The notes beneath the pieces are model-generated. The model saw only the letters and a list, made by a program, of their open reading frames with translations. It searched no databases and was not told where the DNA came from. A stretch of DNA of 64,000 bases, taken from assembly GCA_965222095.1 (NCBI GenBank), contig CBDCTD010000003.1, positions 977,027 to 1,041,026 of the forward strand, written 5' to 3'. Origin of the DNA: Bryobacterales bacterium. GTDB taxonomy: Bacteria; Acidobacteriota; Terriglobia; Bryobacterales; UBA6623. Shown in pieces: positions 1 through 12,205 of the stretch (the stretch's first letter is position 1; each line of letters begins with the position of its first letter). A program made the translations under genes and the position numbers.

Positions 1-1092
1 GACGAAGCGGTCGAGAACCCCGAGTTTCAAACAGAGCTTGCGGAGCTTTCACGCCAGTATGCCGGTCGCCCCACACCGCTGTTCCACGCCAGACGGCTGA
101 GCGAGCATCTCGGTGGCGCGGAGATCTATCTCAAGCGCGAAGACCTACTTCACACAGGAGCCCACAAGATCAACCACTGTCTCGGGCAGGCGCTGCTGGC
201 ACGGCGCATGGGCAAACAGCGCATTATCGCCGAAACAGGCGCCGGGCAGCACGGGGTTGCGTCGGCCACGGTGGCCGCGTTATTCGCGCAACAATGCCGC
301 GTCTACATGGGCGAGGAGGACATGCGGCGGCAGAGTCTCAATGTTTTCCGAATGCGTCTGTTGGGTGCCGAGGTGGTCGCGGTGGACGCCGGTAGCCGCA
401 CCCTCAAGGACGCCATCAGCGAAGCGATGCGGGACTGGGTCTCGAGCTTCGAAACAACCCACTATCTGTTGGGCTCGGTGCTCGGCCCGCACCCCTACCC
501 TAGGATGGTGAGGGATTTTCAGACCGTGATCGGACGAGAAGCGCGACAGCAGTTCCTCGAGGCCAGTGGCGGGCGACTGCCCGATCTGTTGCTGGCCTGC
601 GTCGGAGGCGGCAGCAACTCGATCGGGTTATTTCATCCGTTCCTCGCGGACGAGAACGTTCGGATGGTGGGGGTGGAGGCTGGTGGCCGCGGCTTGGAGT
701 TAGGCGACCACGCGGCACGTTTTTCGGGCGGCAGCCCCGGCGTGCTCCACGGCTCCTACAGCTACGTGTTGCAGAACGCCGACGGCCAGATAGCGCTCAC
801 TCACTCGGTTTCGGCCGGCCTCGACTACGCGTCGGTGGGTCCCGAACACGCGTGGTTAAAGGACTCGGGGCGCGTCGAGTACCTGTCGCGATCAGACGAA
901 GAAGCGCTGGAGGCTGTGCGACTGCTTTCCGAGCTGGAGGGAATCATCCCGGCGCTGGAGTCCGCCCATGCTGTCGCAGAGGCCGCTCGGCGCGCGCCGC
1001 AGGCGAAGGGTCAGGTATTCTTGATCAATCTCTCGGGCCGGGGTGACAAGGATATCACCATCTTCCGCGAAAACATGCCGGAGCTAGGGTAG
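1..1092 (+). CDS. trpB: Tryptophan synthase beta chain (5' end outside window)
   Basis: Frame open from base 1: [19 protein letters not shown] (PLP lysine), [29 protein letters not shown]. Confidence 0.97.
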   Translation, partial: DEAVENPEFQTELAELSRQYAGRPTPLFHARRLSEHLGGAEIYLKREDLLHTGAHKINHCLGQALLARRMGKQRIIAETGAGQHGVASATVAALFAQQCRVYMGEEDMRRQSLNVFRMRLLGAEVVAVDAGSRTLKDAISEAMRDWVSSFETTHYLLGSVLGPHPYPRMVRDFQTVIGREARQQFLEASGGRLPDLLLACVGGGSNSIGLFHPFLADENVRMVGVEAGGRGLELGDHAARFSGGSPGVLHGSYSYVLQNADGQIALTHSVSAGLDYASVGPEHAWLKDSGRVEYLSRSDEEALEAVRLLSELEGIIPALESAHAVAEAARRAPQAKGQVFLINLSGRGDKDITIFRENMPELG

Positions 1093-1224
1093 CAGCCTGT
1101 GGCAAAAGTGGTGCAGGAGCGAAAAATGGTGACTGCCAGGACTGCCACCAATTCGCTCGCCGTCATGGCCCTCGAAACAAAGGACTCAGCCTGAAGCGAA
1201 CTGGCTGGCTGTACCCGATTTTTC
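1090..1224. repeat. Degenerate MITE/REP-like element
   Basis: IS-end-like TAGCAGCCTGTGGCAAAAGT followed by TGGTGACTGCCA ... GGCTGTACCCGATTTTT with an internal inverted repeat (GCCACCAATTCGC / GCGAACTGGCTGGC); similar to the element at 20200. Confidence 0.5.
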
Positions 1225-1297
1225 CAAGCCGTGAGAAGTACAAACCGATCGCCGCTGGCGGAGGGCCGCGATCGTTTGAGAAGTTGTTTGCAGGCAG

Positions 1298-2110
1298 ATG
1301 AGTCGTATTGCGAAAGCCTTTGAGCGGCTGGCTCGAGAAAAGACTCGGGGGTTGATCGCCTACTTGACGGCGGGCGATCCCGAGCCTAACCGAACTGTTG
1401 AGTTCGTTCTTGGATTGGAAAGAGGCGGGACCGACATCATCGAGCTAGGAGTGCCTTTTTCAGATCCGATCGCGGATGGGCCGGTTATCCAACGAGCCAC
1501 CGAAAGATCGCTTCGTGCCGGCACTACTTTGAAGATCGTGATCGAGATGCTCCGCGAGCTGCGGCGGAAATCGGAGATTCCGGTCGTCATCTTCAGCTAT
1601 ATAAATCCTGTCTTACGGTACGGATTTGAAAAGTTTGCGGCTGATGCCGCTGCGGCGGGCGCCGACGGGGCACTGCTGACGGATCTTAACATTGAAGAGG
1701 CGGGCTCCTATATACGCGAAATGCGCAACCGTGGACTGGAAACAGTGTTCCTCGTGTCGCAGACCACAAAAGATGAGCGCTTGCGATTATTGTCGCAATC
1801 GTGCAGTGGATTCGTTTATCTTGTTTCGAGGGCGGGGGTGACCGGCGAGCGGACCGCGCTTTCCGATCAGGTCCTGCCACTCATCCAGCGGACACGGGCG
1901 GTAACCTCCCTCCCGCTGGCTGTGGGTTTCGGCTTGTCGAAACGCGAGCATATGATGGCACTGGCTCCGCACGTAGATGCCGCAGTCGTAGGCAGTGCGT
2001 TCGTTCGGCTCATCGCCGAAAACCAACAGGACCCCGGCCTCGCCGATAAGCTCAGCTCCTTCGCAGCCGAGTTGAAAGACGGGCTGAAGGTCGAAAGCAG
2101 TTCACCGTAA
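1298..2110 (+). CDS. trpA: Tryptophan synthase alpha chain
   Basis: AYLTAGDP, ELGVPFSDPIADGPVIQ, GVTG, VGFG motifs; follows trpB. Confidence 0.97.
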   Translation: MSRIAKAFERLAREKTRGLIAYLTAGDPEPNRTVEFVLGLERGGTDIIELGVPFSDPIADGPVIQRATERSLRAGTTLKIVIEMLRELRRKSEIPVVIFSYINPVLRYGFEKFAADAAAAGADGALLTDLNIEEAGSYIREMRNRGLETVFLVSQTTKDERLRLLSQSCSGFVYLVSRAGVTGERTALSDQVLPLIQRTRAVTSLPLAVGFGLSKREHMMALAPHVDAAVVGSAFVRLIAENQQDPGLADKLSSFAAELKDGLKVESSSP

Positions 2111-2119
2111 CCTGATCTA

Positions 2120-2446
2120 ATGGCGAAGCAAGCGTCGGATCTTCGGGAGTGGAGGGCGCGGATTGACGCCCTGGACCGCAGGATCCTGGCGATGCTCAAT
2201 GAACGAGGCCGCTACGTGCTCGGGCTCGCGCCCATCAAACGGCAGATGAACGTTCCGGTCCACGAGCCTAACCGCGAGAACGAAGTTGTCTCAAACCTTC
2301 AAACACACAACGACGGGCCGCTCGATAACGCCGCCGTTCGCCGGATCTTCGAGACCATTATGAAAGAGATGCGGGCTGTCCAGGAGGCGGCGCGGGCGTC
2401 CGAGGAAGAGGCTGAGTCAAGCGGCAAACCCGCCGATCCACTTTAG
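2120..2446 (+). CDS. Chorismate mutase (AroQ type)
   Basis: RARIDALDRRILAMLNER ... K ... EPNRE pattern; in aromatic amino acid operon. Confidence 0.9.
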   Translation: MAKQASDLREWRARIDALDRRILAMLNERGRYVLGLAPIKRQMNVPVHEPNRENEVVSNLQTHNDGPLDNAAVRRIFETIMKEMRAVQEAARASEEEAESSGKPADPL

Positions 2447-2487
2447 TCGGGCCCCCAGGCCACTGGGAACGACCGGACGCATCAGAG

Positions 2488-3330
2488 ATGGCAATCCAAA
2501 CCGTAACGATCGTGGGAGTCGGCTTGATCGGAGGTTCCCTCGGACTCGCCTTACGAGCACACGGTTTTAGGGGCCGGATTCTTGGGGTCAGCTCGCCCCG
2601 CACCCTGGAAGAGGCGCTGGCGCTGGGAGCCGTAGACAGCGCCGGCCCGCTCGAAGAAGCCGTTAGCGCCGCCGACCTTGTCTACTTGGCCCAGCCTGTA
2701 GATCGAATCCTCGATCTGCTTCCACAGGTTCGCCGGTTCGTTCAACCGCATGCCTTGGTCACCGACTGCGGCAGCACGAAGGAGGCGATCGTCGCACGTG
2801 CCGGCGAGGTTTTTGACAAAGCACCATGGTTCGTCGGAGGGCACCCGATGGCGGGCAAGGAGGGCAGGGGCGTCCAGCTCGCCGAACCGGAGATCTTCCG
2901 GGGATGTACCTATGTGTTGACCCCCTTCGATGGTGTTCTCCCGAAGGACCCGGTGGTGGAATCCTTCGTTAACTGGCTTGAGAAAATCGGCTGTAGAATC
3001 AAGCTCTGCTCGGCCGCCGAACACGACAGGATTGTCACTTGGACGTCGCATTTGCCCCAGCTGGTCTCGACGGCGCTTGCTTCCTGTGTGGACGAAAACC
3101 TGAAACAGCAACAGGATTTGGAGGTCGCAGGCCCGGCACTGCGTGACATGACTCGCCTGGGCGAAAGCTCTTACGACATCTGGAAAGACATCGTGTCGAC
3201 GAACCGCGGAAATCTGGTTAAAGGCTTGTCGACCTTCATCGAAAGTCTCGAGGATTTTCGGAAAAAGCTTGGGACCGAAGAGTTGGCGCAGTACTTCGCC
3301 AGGGCTCAGAAGTTCAGGCGAAAGATGTAG
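2488..3330 (+). CDS. tyrA: Prephenate/arogenate dehydrogenase
   Basis: GVGLIGGS Rossmann motif, TDCGSTK, GGHPMAG, HD...SHLPQ, RDMTR. Confidence 0.92.
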   Translation: MAIQTVTIVGVGLIGGSLGLALRAHGFRGRILGVSSPRTLEEALALGAVDSAGPLEEAVSAADLVYLAQPVDRILDLLPQVRRFVQPHALVTDCGSTKEAIVARAGEVFDKAPWFVGGHPMAGKEGRGVQLAEPEIFRGCTYVLTPFDGVLPKDPVVESFVNWLEKIGCRIKLCSAAEHDRIVTWTSHLPQLVSTALASCVDENLKQQQDLEVAGPALRDMTRLGESSYDIWKDIVSTNRGNLVKGLSTFIESLEDFRKKLGTEELAQYFARAQKFRRKM

Positions 3331-3422
3331 ATCCCAGCGTGTGGCGGGTAAATCGTTTTGTTGGTATTCTTAATGCACACTTGAAGCCGGCCTTTGACGC
3401 ACTGCCAAGGCCTACCCTTCTC

Positions 3423-4160
3423 ATGGGATTCTCAAGTCAGATTCTGAATCTCGAAGGCACCGTACCACTGTCCAATCTGGACCGTGGGATGCGCCTGTAT
3501 TCCCCTGGTGACCCAAGTGATCAGCTTTTCCTGGTGCACAGTGGGCGCGTGAAGATCTCCGTCCCCGGTTCAGGCGGCAAACAATGCATCTTCCAAATCG
3601 CTCGGCCCGGAGAAGTCTTCGGCGAGGGCGCCGTGTTCGGTGAGCGGATCCGCCGGGCGGTGGCCGAAGTGCTCGAGCGGGCTTCGGTAACCGTCATCCC
3701 GCGAGAAGCAGTCTTGGCTCACGCAGGCGAGAACCCAGAGTTTTGGCGGTCTTTCGCGGAAGTCCTGGGCCAACGGGTGCGTCATCTGGAAGAGCAAATC
3801 GAATCGCTCAGCCTGCTGGAGGTCGAACAGAGGATTGCTCGGCTCCTGATTCGTTGGGCCGGCAGCACTCGAGGGAACGATCCCTCGCAGCAGACCCTGC
3901 AGTTTCGCCTCTCCCAGAAGGATCTCGCAGGCTTGGTTGGCGCGACTCGGGAAACGACTTCGAGCTCGCTAAACAAGCTCCAGCGGCAAGGTTGTCTTGA
4001 AATCCGACGCCGGTGTCTGGTTATCAATTCCGTAGAGCGACTAGCTCTACGCGTGGACACCGAGGTCGATGCCCGCGCTCAATCCCTCCGCGACACCGAA
4101 TCTGAGTCCGCGACCGAGGCGGGAGAGATGCGGAGTCGGGGTCACGCGTCGGGTCAGTAA
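3423..4160 (+). CDS. Crp/Fnr family transcriptional regulator
   Basis: cNMP-binding fold (SGRVKIS, PGEVFGE) and HTH SQKDLAGLVGATRETTS; start placed at ATG 3423 rather than GTG 3339. Confidence 0.88.
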   Translation: MGFSSQILNLEGTVPLSNLDRGMRLYSPGDPSDQLFLVHSGRVKISVPGSGGKQCIFQIARPGEVFGEGAVFGERIRRAVAEVLERASVTVIPREAVLAHAGENPEFWRSFAEVLGQRVRHLEEQIESLSLLEVEQRIARLLIRWAGSTRGNDPSQQTLQFRLSQKDLAGLVGATRETTSSSLNKLQRQGCLEIRRRCLVINSVERLALRVDTEVDARAQSLRDTESESATEAGEMRSRGHASGQ

Positions 4161-4525
4161 CTCGCGTCGTTGCTCGATTAGCTCCTCGGATCGCCAAGGA
4201 TTTGGGAGCCGGCCTGCCATTCGGTTTCTTCATAGTTCCATAGTCTTATTGTGCCTCTATCATGCCCTCACCAGTCTTCGGCCGCCCACGTCTGCTGCTG
4301 AGAGCTCGCAACCGGTTTCCGTTCCCAGTAGAAGTTCCCGCGCGCTGAATATCCCTGCGCCACGGACGTGGGGCCTCCCTCAAGGGTGTCTCTTAGCTTT
4401 CTGGGACCAAATCTAGAGGGCTGCCCACTACATCGGGAGTGGCGCACGGGCCTACGCTTGCGGTAGCTTTTGATTACCCCGGTCACAACCAATCCGCAAC
4501 CGGTGAACGGGGAGAGGAGGGTCGC

Positions 4526-5881
4526 ATGGCCGGCAAGCAGGAGGCGGAGTCAGAACTGAATCGGTTCATGAACGGGTTGGTCCGCCGCAACCCCGAGCAA
4601 CCGGAGTTTCACCAAGCGGTACGGGAGGTCGCCGAGCACGTCATCCCCTTCATGCTCGCCGATCACAAGTATCGGGAGGCACAAGTCTTCGAGCGCATGA
4701 CCGAGCCGGACCGGGCCATCATCTTCCGCGTGACTTGGAAGGACGACCAGGGTTGCGTGCGAGCGAATCGCGGCTGGCGGGTTCAGTTCAACAACGCCAT
4801 CGGCCCCTACAAAGGCGGGCTGCGATTCCATCCTTCCGTCAACCTGAGCATCATGAAGTTCTTGGGATTCGAGCAGGTCCTGAAGAACAGTCTCACCACG
4901 CTGCCCATGGGCGGGGCCAAGGGGGGATCGAACTTCAATCCTAAGGGGAAATCGAACGACGAGGTCATGCGGTTCTGCCAGTCGTTTATGACGGAGCTGT
5001 TCAAGTACATCGGCGAGGACAGGGACATCCCGGCTGGCGACATCGGCGTCGGAGGCCGCGAAATCGGCTTTCTCTTCGGGCAGTATAAACGTCTGACCGG
5101 TGAGTTCACCGGGGTCATCACCGGCAAGGGGCCGGCCTGGGGCGGCAGCTTCGTTCGCAAAGAGGCAACCGGCTACGGCGTGGTGTATTTCCTCCGAGAG
5201 ATGCTGAGAAGGCGGGGGGACGGCCTGAAAGGGAAAACCTGTCTGGTCTCGGGGTCCGGGAATGTCGCGCTGTACACCGTGGAGAAGATCTTACAGTTGG
5301 GCGGCACGGCGGTGACGCTATCCGACTCATCGGGCTTTATCTACGACCCCGAGGGCATCGATGAAGAGAAACTCGACTACGTCGTTGATCTCAAGACGGT
5401 CAAGCGGGGCCGCATCTCCGAGTACGCGGAAAAGTTTGGCTGCGAATACCAGGCCCGGAAGAAGCCTTGGGCCGTGAAAGCGGACCTCGCCTTCCCCTGC
5501 GCGACCCAAAACGAAATCGACGAACAGGATGCCACCGATCTCGTCAAAAACGACGTCCTCTCTGTGGTCGAGGGATCCAACATGCCGACAACCCCGGCGG
5601 GGGCAGAGGTCTTCCGCGCCGCCAAGACGTTGCACGCTCCCAGCAAGGCCTCGAACGCGGGAGGGGTCGCTGTTTCCGGTTTCGAGCGGACGCAGAATTC
5701 GCAATACACAACCTGGGACCGCGCCGAAGTCGATCGGCGGCTGCAAGAAGTTATGAAGCGGATCCACACCGAATGCGTGAAGCACGGAGGGGATTCCGAC
5801 TACGTCGACTACGGCCGCGGCGCCAACATAGGCGGCTTCATCAAGGTCGCCGACGCGGTACTTGCCCTGGGGGTAGTGTAG
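4526..5881 (+). CDS. gdhA: NAD(P)-specific glutamate dehydrogenase
   Basis: GPYKGGLRFHPSV, LPMGGAKGG, DIPAGDIGVGGRE, EATGYG, VSGSGNVA; GGAGG RBS before ATG 4526. Confidence 0.96.
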   Translation: MAGKQEAESELNRFMNGLVRRNPEQPEFHQAVREVAEHVIPFMLADHKYREAQVFERMTEPDRAIIFRVTWKDDQGCVRANRGWRVQFNNAIGPYKGGLRFHPSVNLSIMKFLGFEQVLKNSLTTLPMGGAKGGSNFNPKGKSNDEVMRFCQSFMTELFKYIGEDRDIPAGDIGVGGREIGFLFGQYKRLTGEFTGVITGKGPAWGGSFVRKEATGYGVVYFLREMLRRRGDGLKGKTCLVSGSGNVALYTVEKILQLGGTAVTLSDSSGFIYDPEGIDEEKLDYVVDLKTVKRGRISEYAEKFGCEYQARKKPWAVKADLAFPCATQNEIDEQDATDLVKNDVLSVVEGSNMPTTPAGAEVFRAAKTLHAPSKASNAGGVAVSGFERTQNSQYTTWDRAEVDRRLQEVMKRIHTECVKHGGDSDYVDYGRGANIGGFIKVADAVLALGVV

Positions 5882-5889
5882 TTCGGAGG

Positions 5890-8055
5890 CTACAGGTGTT
5901 TTCGCAAATAATCTTCGGTCGCGCGGAACAAGTGTAGCCGGGCTGCATCCCCATGGATCGAGTGGGTCTTTCCCGGATAAACCAGCAGATCGTAGGGTTT
6001 GCCTGCGTTGACTAAAGCATCGATAAATCGCATCGTGTTCTGAATATGCACGTTATCGTCAGAGGTGGGGTGCATCAGCAGAAGTCGGCCTTCTAGATTC
6101 TCGGCGGCTTCGACCGCCGAAGTCCTGCGATACGCTTTCGCTTGCTCAGCGGGGTGTCCCATATAGCGCTCGGTATAGATCGAATCGTAGAACCGCCAAT
6201 CCGTGACCGGGGCCACGGCTACCCCCACCTTAAACACGTCACTGTGGGTGAGCGCGAAGCAAGTGCTGAAGCCGCCTCCACTCCAACCCCAGATCGCGAT
6301 TCGCTCGGAGTCAATGAAGTCGAGAGACCGCAAGTACTTGACGGCGGCCAGATGATCTTCCAAAGCAGTCGAACCGTAGTTTCGACGAACGGCCGCCTCA
6401 TAACGGTGCCCGCGAAGAGATGAGGCTCGGTCGTCGACGTAGGCAACGACGTAGCCCTTTTGCGCTAGGTACTGATGGAAAAGGTAGCGCCGGCCCCAAG
6501 CATCGCGAATGGTCGGCGCATGGGGTCCGCCATAGACGTACATCAGCGCGGGATACCGCCGGTTCGTGTCCAGCGGCTGCGGCTTGATTAGCATGACACG
6601 AACAAGAGCGCCATCTGATTTCAGCTCGACGAGTTCGGGCTTGACGAGCTCGTATTCGTCGAGCGACAGGGAGCCATGGACAAGCGTCGCCTTGTCGTTG
6701 TTCGGGTCCCGAATAACGATTTCCGGCGCCGTCGTGAGCGTCGAACGCGTATCGGCGTAGCCATTCTTGGGTGCGTTCATCAGAATGCTGTGACTTCCCT
6801 TACCACTTGTGAGCCGCTCCTTGCCGCTGCCGTCAAGTCTTATTCGATAGAGATCGTTACCTAGTGGGTTTTCTTCGTTCGCGAGGTAATAAACCCAGCC
6901 GTTCTCAGCATCAACTCCGACAACCTTGCTCACCTCCCATTCGCCTTCAGTCAGCTGTTTCTTCCGATCGCCGTCGTAGCCATAAAGGTAGATGTGCCGG
7001 AATCCGGTCCGCTCCGAAGTCCATAGCAGCTCCTCCGATTCTTTGAGGAAGTGGAGATCGTCGGTCACATTGATCCAGTAAGGGTCTTTCTCCACCAACA
7101 CGGTCCGGCTCCTCCCGTTCCTAGCGTCGGCGAAGATCAGCTCCAGCTCGTTTTGCGGCCGGTTCAGCAGCTGCAGGGCTACGAAGTCATTGTTGGCCCA
7201 GGCAATACGAGGTATGTACTCGCTGTGGCGGTTGACCCATTCGAGGCGTTGTTTGCCTGAAGCCCTGGGTTTCGCTTCAATGATGCCCACTCGAACCTTG
7301 GGGTTTGGGTCTCCGGCTTTCGGATAGCGCTGGAGATCGACCGTGGCCGCGAGGTCCAGCAAATTGGGGATAGGATACGTGGGCACCAAGCTCTGATCGA
7401 GCTCGAGAAACGCGAGTCTCCGTCCGTCGGGCGACCACTCGTAGCCGGAGCGGATCGCGAATTCCTCCGGATATACCCAGTCGAGATCGCCATGGAATAG
7501 GGTGTCCGTCGCTCCCCACGTGAGCTGTCGCGCCGTCCCACCACTCGGGGGGACGAGCCAGATATCGTGTTTGTAGAGGAAGGAAACCCAGCGACCGTTG
7601 GGCGAAAACCGCGGGTTTCGCACCTCCTGCTTACCCGCTGCCAGCGCTCGCGCCTTCTCGGTCGCCAAGTCGTAGAGATAAAGTCGCCCGGAGCTGGTGA
7701 ACAGAATAGATTGCGAGTCCGGCGACCAAAGATAGGAAGCGACCGAATACCGCATGCGACGCTCTCGCTCCCGCTCGTCCTTTGTGGCTTGCTTGACGGC
7801 AGGCGCCAGGGACGCTAACTTTTCGTTGGTCACGAGAACCCGATTCTCACCACTGATTCGATCGATGGCCCACAGATCTCGCTTGTCGCGGTCGTCACGC
7901 TGGAGGATGTAGGTAAGCAGCCGGCCGTCGGGACTCCAGCGCAACTGCGTGGGCGTCGGGCCAGTCAGGCCGCCTTCGGAGGCAATTGCTTCCAGGCGAA
8001 GCTTCTTCGTTGCCGCCGAGCCCGCCATAAAGACCGGCACGAGCAACAGCATCAA
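5890..8055 (-). CDS. Dipeptidyl peptidase IV, S9 family, probably exported
   Basis: WSPD propeller repeats, DWVYPEE, YPKAGDPNP, YGGP, nucleophile GWSGGG, DDNVH, THSI. Confidence 0.93.
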   Translation of the reverse strand: MMLLLVPVFMAGSAATKKLRLEAIASEGGLTGPTPTQLRWSPDGRLLTYILQRDDRDKRDLWAIDRISGENRVLVTNEKLASLAPAVKQATKDERERERRMRYSVASYLWSPDSQSILFTSSGRLYLYDLATEKARALAAGKQEVRNPRFSPNGRWVSFLYKHDIWLVPPSGGTARQLTWGATDTLFHGDLDWVYPEEFAIRSGYEWSPDGRRLAFLELDQSLVPTYPIPNLLDLAATVDLQRYPKAGDPNPKVRVGIIEAKPRASGKQRLEWVNRHSEYIPRIAWANNDFVALQLLNRPQNELELIFADARNGRSRTVLVEKDPYWINVTDDLHFLKESEELLWTSERTGFRHIYLYGYDGDRKKQLTEGEWEVSKVVGVDAENGWVYYLANEENPLGNDLYRIRLDGSGKERLTSGKGSHSILMNAPKNGYADTRSTLTTAPEIVIRDPNNDKATLVHGSLSLDEYELVKPELVELKSDGALVRVMLIKPQPLDTNRRYPALMYVYGGPHAPTIRDAWGRRYLFHQYLAQKGYVVAYVDDRASSLRGHRYEAAVRRNYGSTALEDHLAAVKYLRSLDFIDSERIAIWGWSGGGFSTCFALTHSDVFKVGVAVAPVTDWRFYDSIYTERYMGHPAEQAKAYRRTSAVEAAENLEGRLLLMHPTSDDNVHIQNTMRFIDALVNAGKPYDLLVYPGKTHSIHGDAARLHLFRATEDYLRKHL

Positions 8056-8134
8056 CAGGGCTGCCCAGGGGTGGCGCCGAAAGCTTCGACTTAGCAGTGC
8101 CGGCGGGTCGACAACTTAGCGAGAAGGCATCGTT

Positions 8135-8881
8135 TTACCGATAGGCCGCGATAAGCGACTTAGTGATTCCGAAGACTCGCTCACGCCAAATCTCGGCTTC
8201 GGGAAACAGCTGCCGCAGCTCGCGCTCATCAAGCATTTGGATGTCACGCAAAAAGTCGTCGCACCCCTCGGGTGTCGGGCGGACGAGGACCCCCCAAACC
8301 GTGAAGTTGCGCAACAGGCGCCGCTGGAGCTTCTTGGGGAAATAGTGAACAAAGGGTGTCATCAAGTGAGGCTCTACAGGGAACCAAAAATTCGGCGTCT
8401 GGACATAGTAGCGCTCTGCGACGCGTCCCAGCTCCCGGGCGAAAGATTGACGGTCAACGGGGTCCGAGATGTGCTCAATCACGGAGTTCGAAAAGGCGAC
8501 CTCGAACGACCTTTCCCGAAACGGGAGCATTCGCGCGTCGGCGATAACCCAACTGCACTGGCTCCGGCCGGGGGTAGGCCCCTCGAGGTTCACAACTGTG
8601 ACGCGGGGCACGAGGTCCGAGAACTGCCAGTAATACTCGTACCCCCCCGCGTCAAGCACACGGGTGTCCCTAGACACTCCGAACGCTTGTAGGAACTGCC
8701 GAAAGCGTTTACGGCGAAAGTAGCGTCCAAGTGGCCGGTGGAGACTGGGGATACTGAGCCGAATAGAAGCAGCTCCTTTGCTTCGCTGCGGGCGTCGCCG
8801 GCAGCTCGGAACAAGTCGCAGATCTAAGTTTACGGCAAACCAGGCTGAGCGCCGGTTCTCACCACCTGACGGTCGAAGCAC
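8135..8881 (-). CDS. Class I SAM-dependent methyltransferase
   Basis: VLDAGG, ADARMLPF, FSNSVIEH, VQTPNFWFPVEPH; start uncertain. Confidence 0.85.
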   Translation of the reverse strand: MLRPSGGENRRSAWFAVNLDLRLVPSCRRRPQRSKGAASIRLSIPSLHRPLGRYFRRKRFRQFLQAFGVSRDTRVLDAGGYEYYWQFSDLVPRVTVVNLEGPTPGRSQCSWVIADARMLPFRERSFEVAFSNSVIEHISDPVDRQSFARELGRVAERYYVQTPNFWFPVEPHLMTPFVHYFPKKLQRRLLRNFTVWGVLVRPTPEGCDDFLRDIQMLDERELRQLFPEAEIWRERVFGITKSLIAAYR

Positions 8882-8945
8882 GCGATAGGTATGCCAGGGC
8901 CAGCGGAGAGTAGCCCTAGGACGCTGCGAGACATACGCCGGCGGG

Positions 8946-10214
8946 CTACAGCCGCGTCACTTGCCTGTCCCGTATCAAGTAGACGAGCGCAACGAGGAAG
9001 AGAATAACCCCGTTGGCCGCGATCACCAGCGGGGCAGTAAACCGATTCGCCAATGATCCGACTGTCAGGTTGCCCAACGGCATGGCACCGCGGAAGCAGG
9101 TGTGGTAGACGCTTAGGATGCGGCCGCGCATCTCCTCCGGGGCGAGCAACTGCACGAGGGAGTTGAGCAGTGCGAACACGGCCAAAATCGCTCCCCCAGC
9201 GAGGAAGATGAAGGCGCAGCCCAGCCACAGGTGGGTGCTCAGGGCGAAGGCCAGAGTGGCAACGCCCAATCCCATCTGCATCAGCAGAGACGTGCGGCCC
9301 TTGCGAGGCGCGTTGCCCAGCCAGGCGACGAACAGGGCACCCATCACAGCACCGGCGCCGGAAAACGCCATCATTATGCTATAGCCTTGTGCTTCGAGCC
9401 CGTACGTTTCGCGTGCGAACACCGGCAACAGCATGATCAACGGCACGGCTAGGAATGCCGTGATCGTCGACAGCAAAACCAGCGCAAGCAGGCTGTGATG
9501 CCGGTAGACGAACGACAGGCCCTGTTGCAGGCTCTGGAGGACGCGAGCCTCGGTTTTCTTAGGCACGAAGCGCAGCCGAATGATGAGAAGCGAAACGATG
9601 ACGGCCAGGAAGGATAGGCCGTTGATCCCGAAACAAGCCGCCGCTCCGAGTGTAGTGAACGCGAGTCCACCCACGACAGGTCCGACTACGCGGGCAAGGT
9701 TGAACTGGATCGAGATCAAAGCGATTGCGTTTGGCAGGTCCTCCTCGTCCACCAAAGAAGGAATCAGGGCCTGGTACGCCGGACCGCCGAAGGCTTGGCC
9801 GACCCCGGTGACGAAGGCTGCCGCCATGATGTGCCAGACAGCGATCACGTCCCACCAGAGCAGCAGTGCCAGCGCGAAGGCGCTGAGCGTCTGGACGTAC
9901 TGCGAAAACAGCAGCAGCTTCCGGCGGTCCATACGATCAGCCGCCACGCCTCCCAATAGGGAAAACAGCAGGATCGGAGCGCCGTTGAGAAACGCCGTGA
10001 GCCCCAGCAGGAAGGCCGATTCGGTCAACGTGTAAACCAGCCAGCTCTGGGCGACCTCCTGCACGAACGCTCCGGTCGTGGAGGTGAACGCGCCCGCCCA
10101 CATCAGCCGAAAGTTGCGGTAGTGGAAGGCGCGGAAGGTTGCCCTAACAACACCCGGCTTCGCAGGGGGAGGGTCGGCCAAGTCAGAGTCGGCCTTCGGC
10201 GAGGGGGTGCTCAT
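8946..10214 (-). CDS. MFS transporter (efflux-like, transmembrane secretion effector type)
   Basis: ~12 hydrophobic segments, GGVAADRMDRRK MFS motif A, FNLARVVGP, MRGR. Confidence 0.9.
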   Translation of the reverse strand: MSTPSPKADSDLADPPPAKPGVVRATFRAFHYRNFRLMWAGAFTSTTGAFVQEVAQSWLVYTLTESAFLLGLTAFLNGAPILLFSLLGGVAADRMDRRKLLLFSQYVQTLSAFALALLLWWDVIAVWHIMAAAFVTGVGQAFGGPAYQALIPSLVDEEDLPNAIALISIQFNLARVVGPVVGGLAFTTLGAAACFGINGLSFLAVIVSLLIIRLRFVPKKTEARVLQSLQQGLSFVYRHHSLLALVLLSTITAFLAVPLIMLLPVFARETYGLEAQGYSIMMAFSGAGAVMGALFVAWLGNAPRKGRTSLLMQMGLGVATLAFALSTHLWLGCAFIFLAGGAILAVFALLNSLVQLLAPEEMRGRILSVYHTCFRGAMPLGNLTVGSLANRFTAPLVIAANGVILFLVALVYLIRDRQVTRL

Positions 10215-10525
10215 TCCGCGGGATTTCTAGCGTCAGGCTTTGTCAGGCTAGGGTGGTTGACTGGCGGAACCATCTTCTCACAGACGGTGCGATGCAGGGG
10301 AGCCGGCGGGTTGCGGTGGCGTCCGGGCACCTTGTGGCGCACGGTCGGTGGTGTCGCGCTAACGGATTGATCGGTTGGCAGGAGCACTGTGTAGCGAGCA
10401 CATCAACACGCCGAAGGACTGCCTGATAGGGCTATAATCGGTAGTTCATTTCAGGGGATGAGGGGTCGAACGAACCCTTTCTCGGCCCTATTTCATTATC
10501 AGTTGCGGAACGCGAGACGCGAACC

Positions 10526-12052
<1,527 letters not shown>

Positions 12053-12205
12053 CCCACGGACTAGGCCGCTTTTCTCGCGAGTAACCTGGGCTGGCGAGAT
12101 CGCCGGTCCCTACTGCCGCAGCTTGTAACGACTCACGTAGGCACAAACGATCCCGTTTGTCCAGGGCGCGACACGTCAAAAAACCAGCGCGGTACGCAGC
12201 TGCCC

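Noticed and set aside
4447-4463. Possible sigma54 promoter before gdhA (GG-N10-GC)
   Set aside because: The -24 element matches TGGCAC poorly; likely chance in GC-rich DNA.
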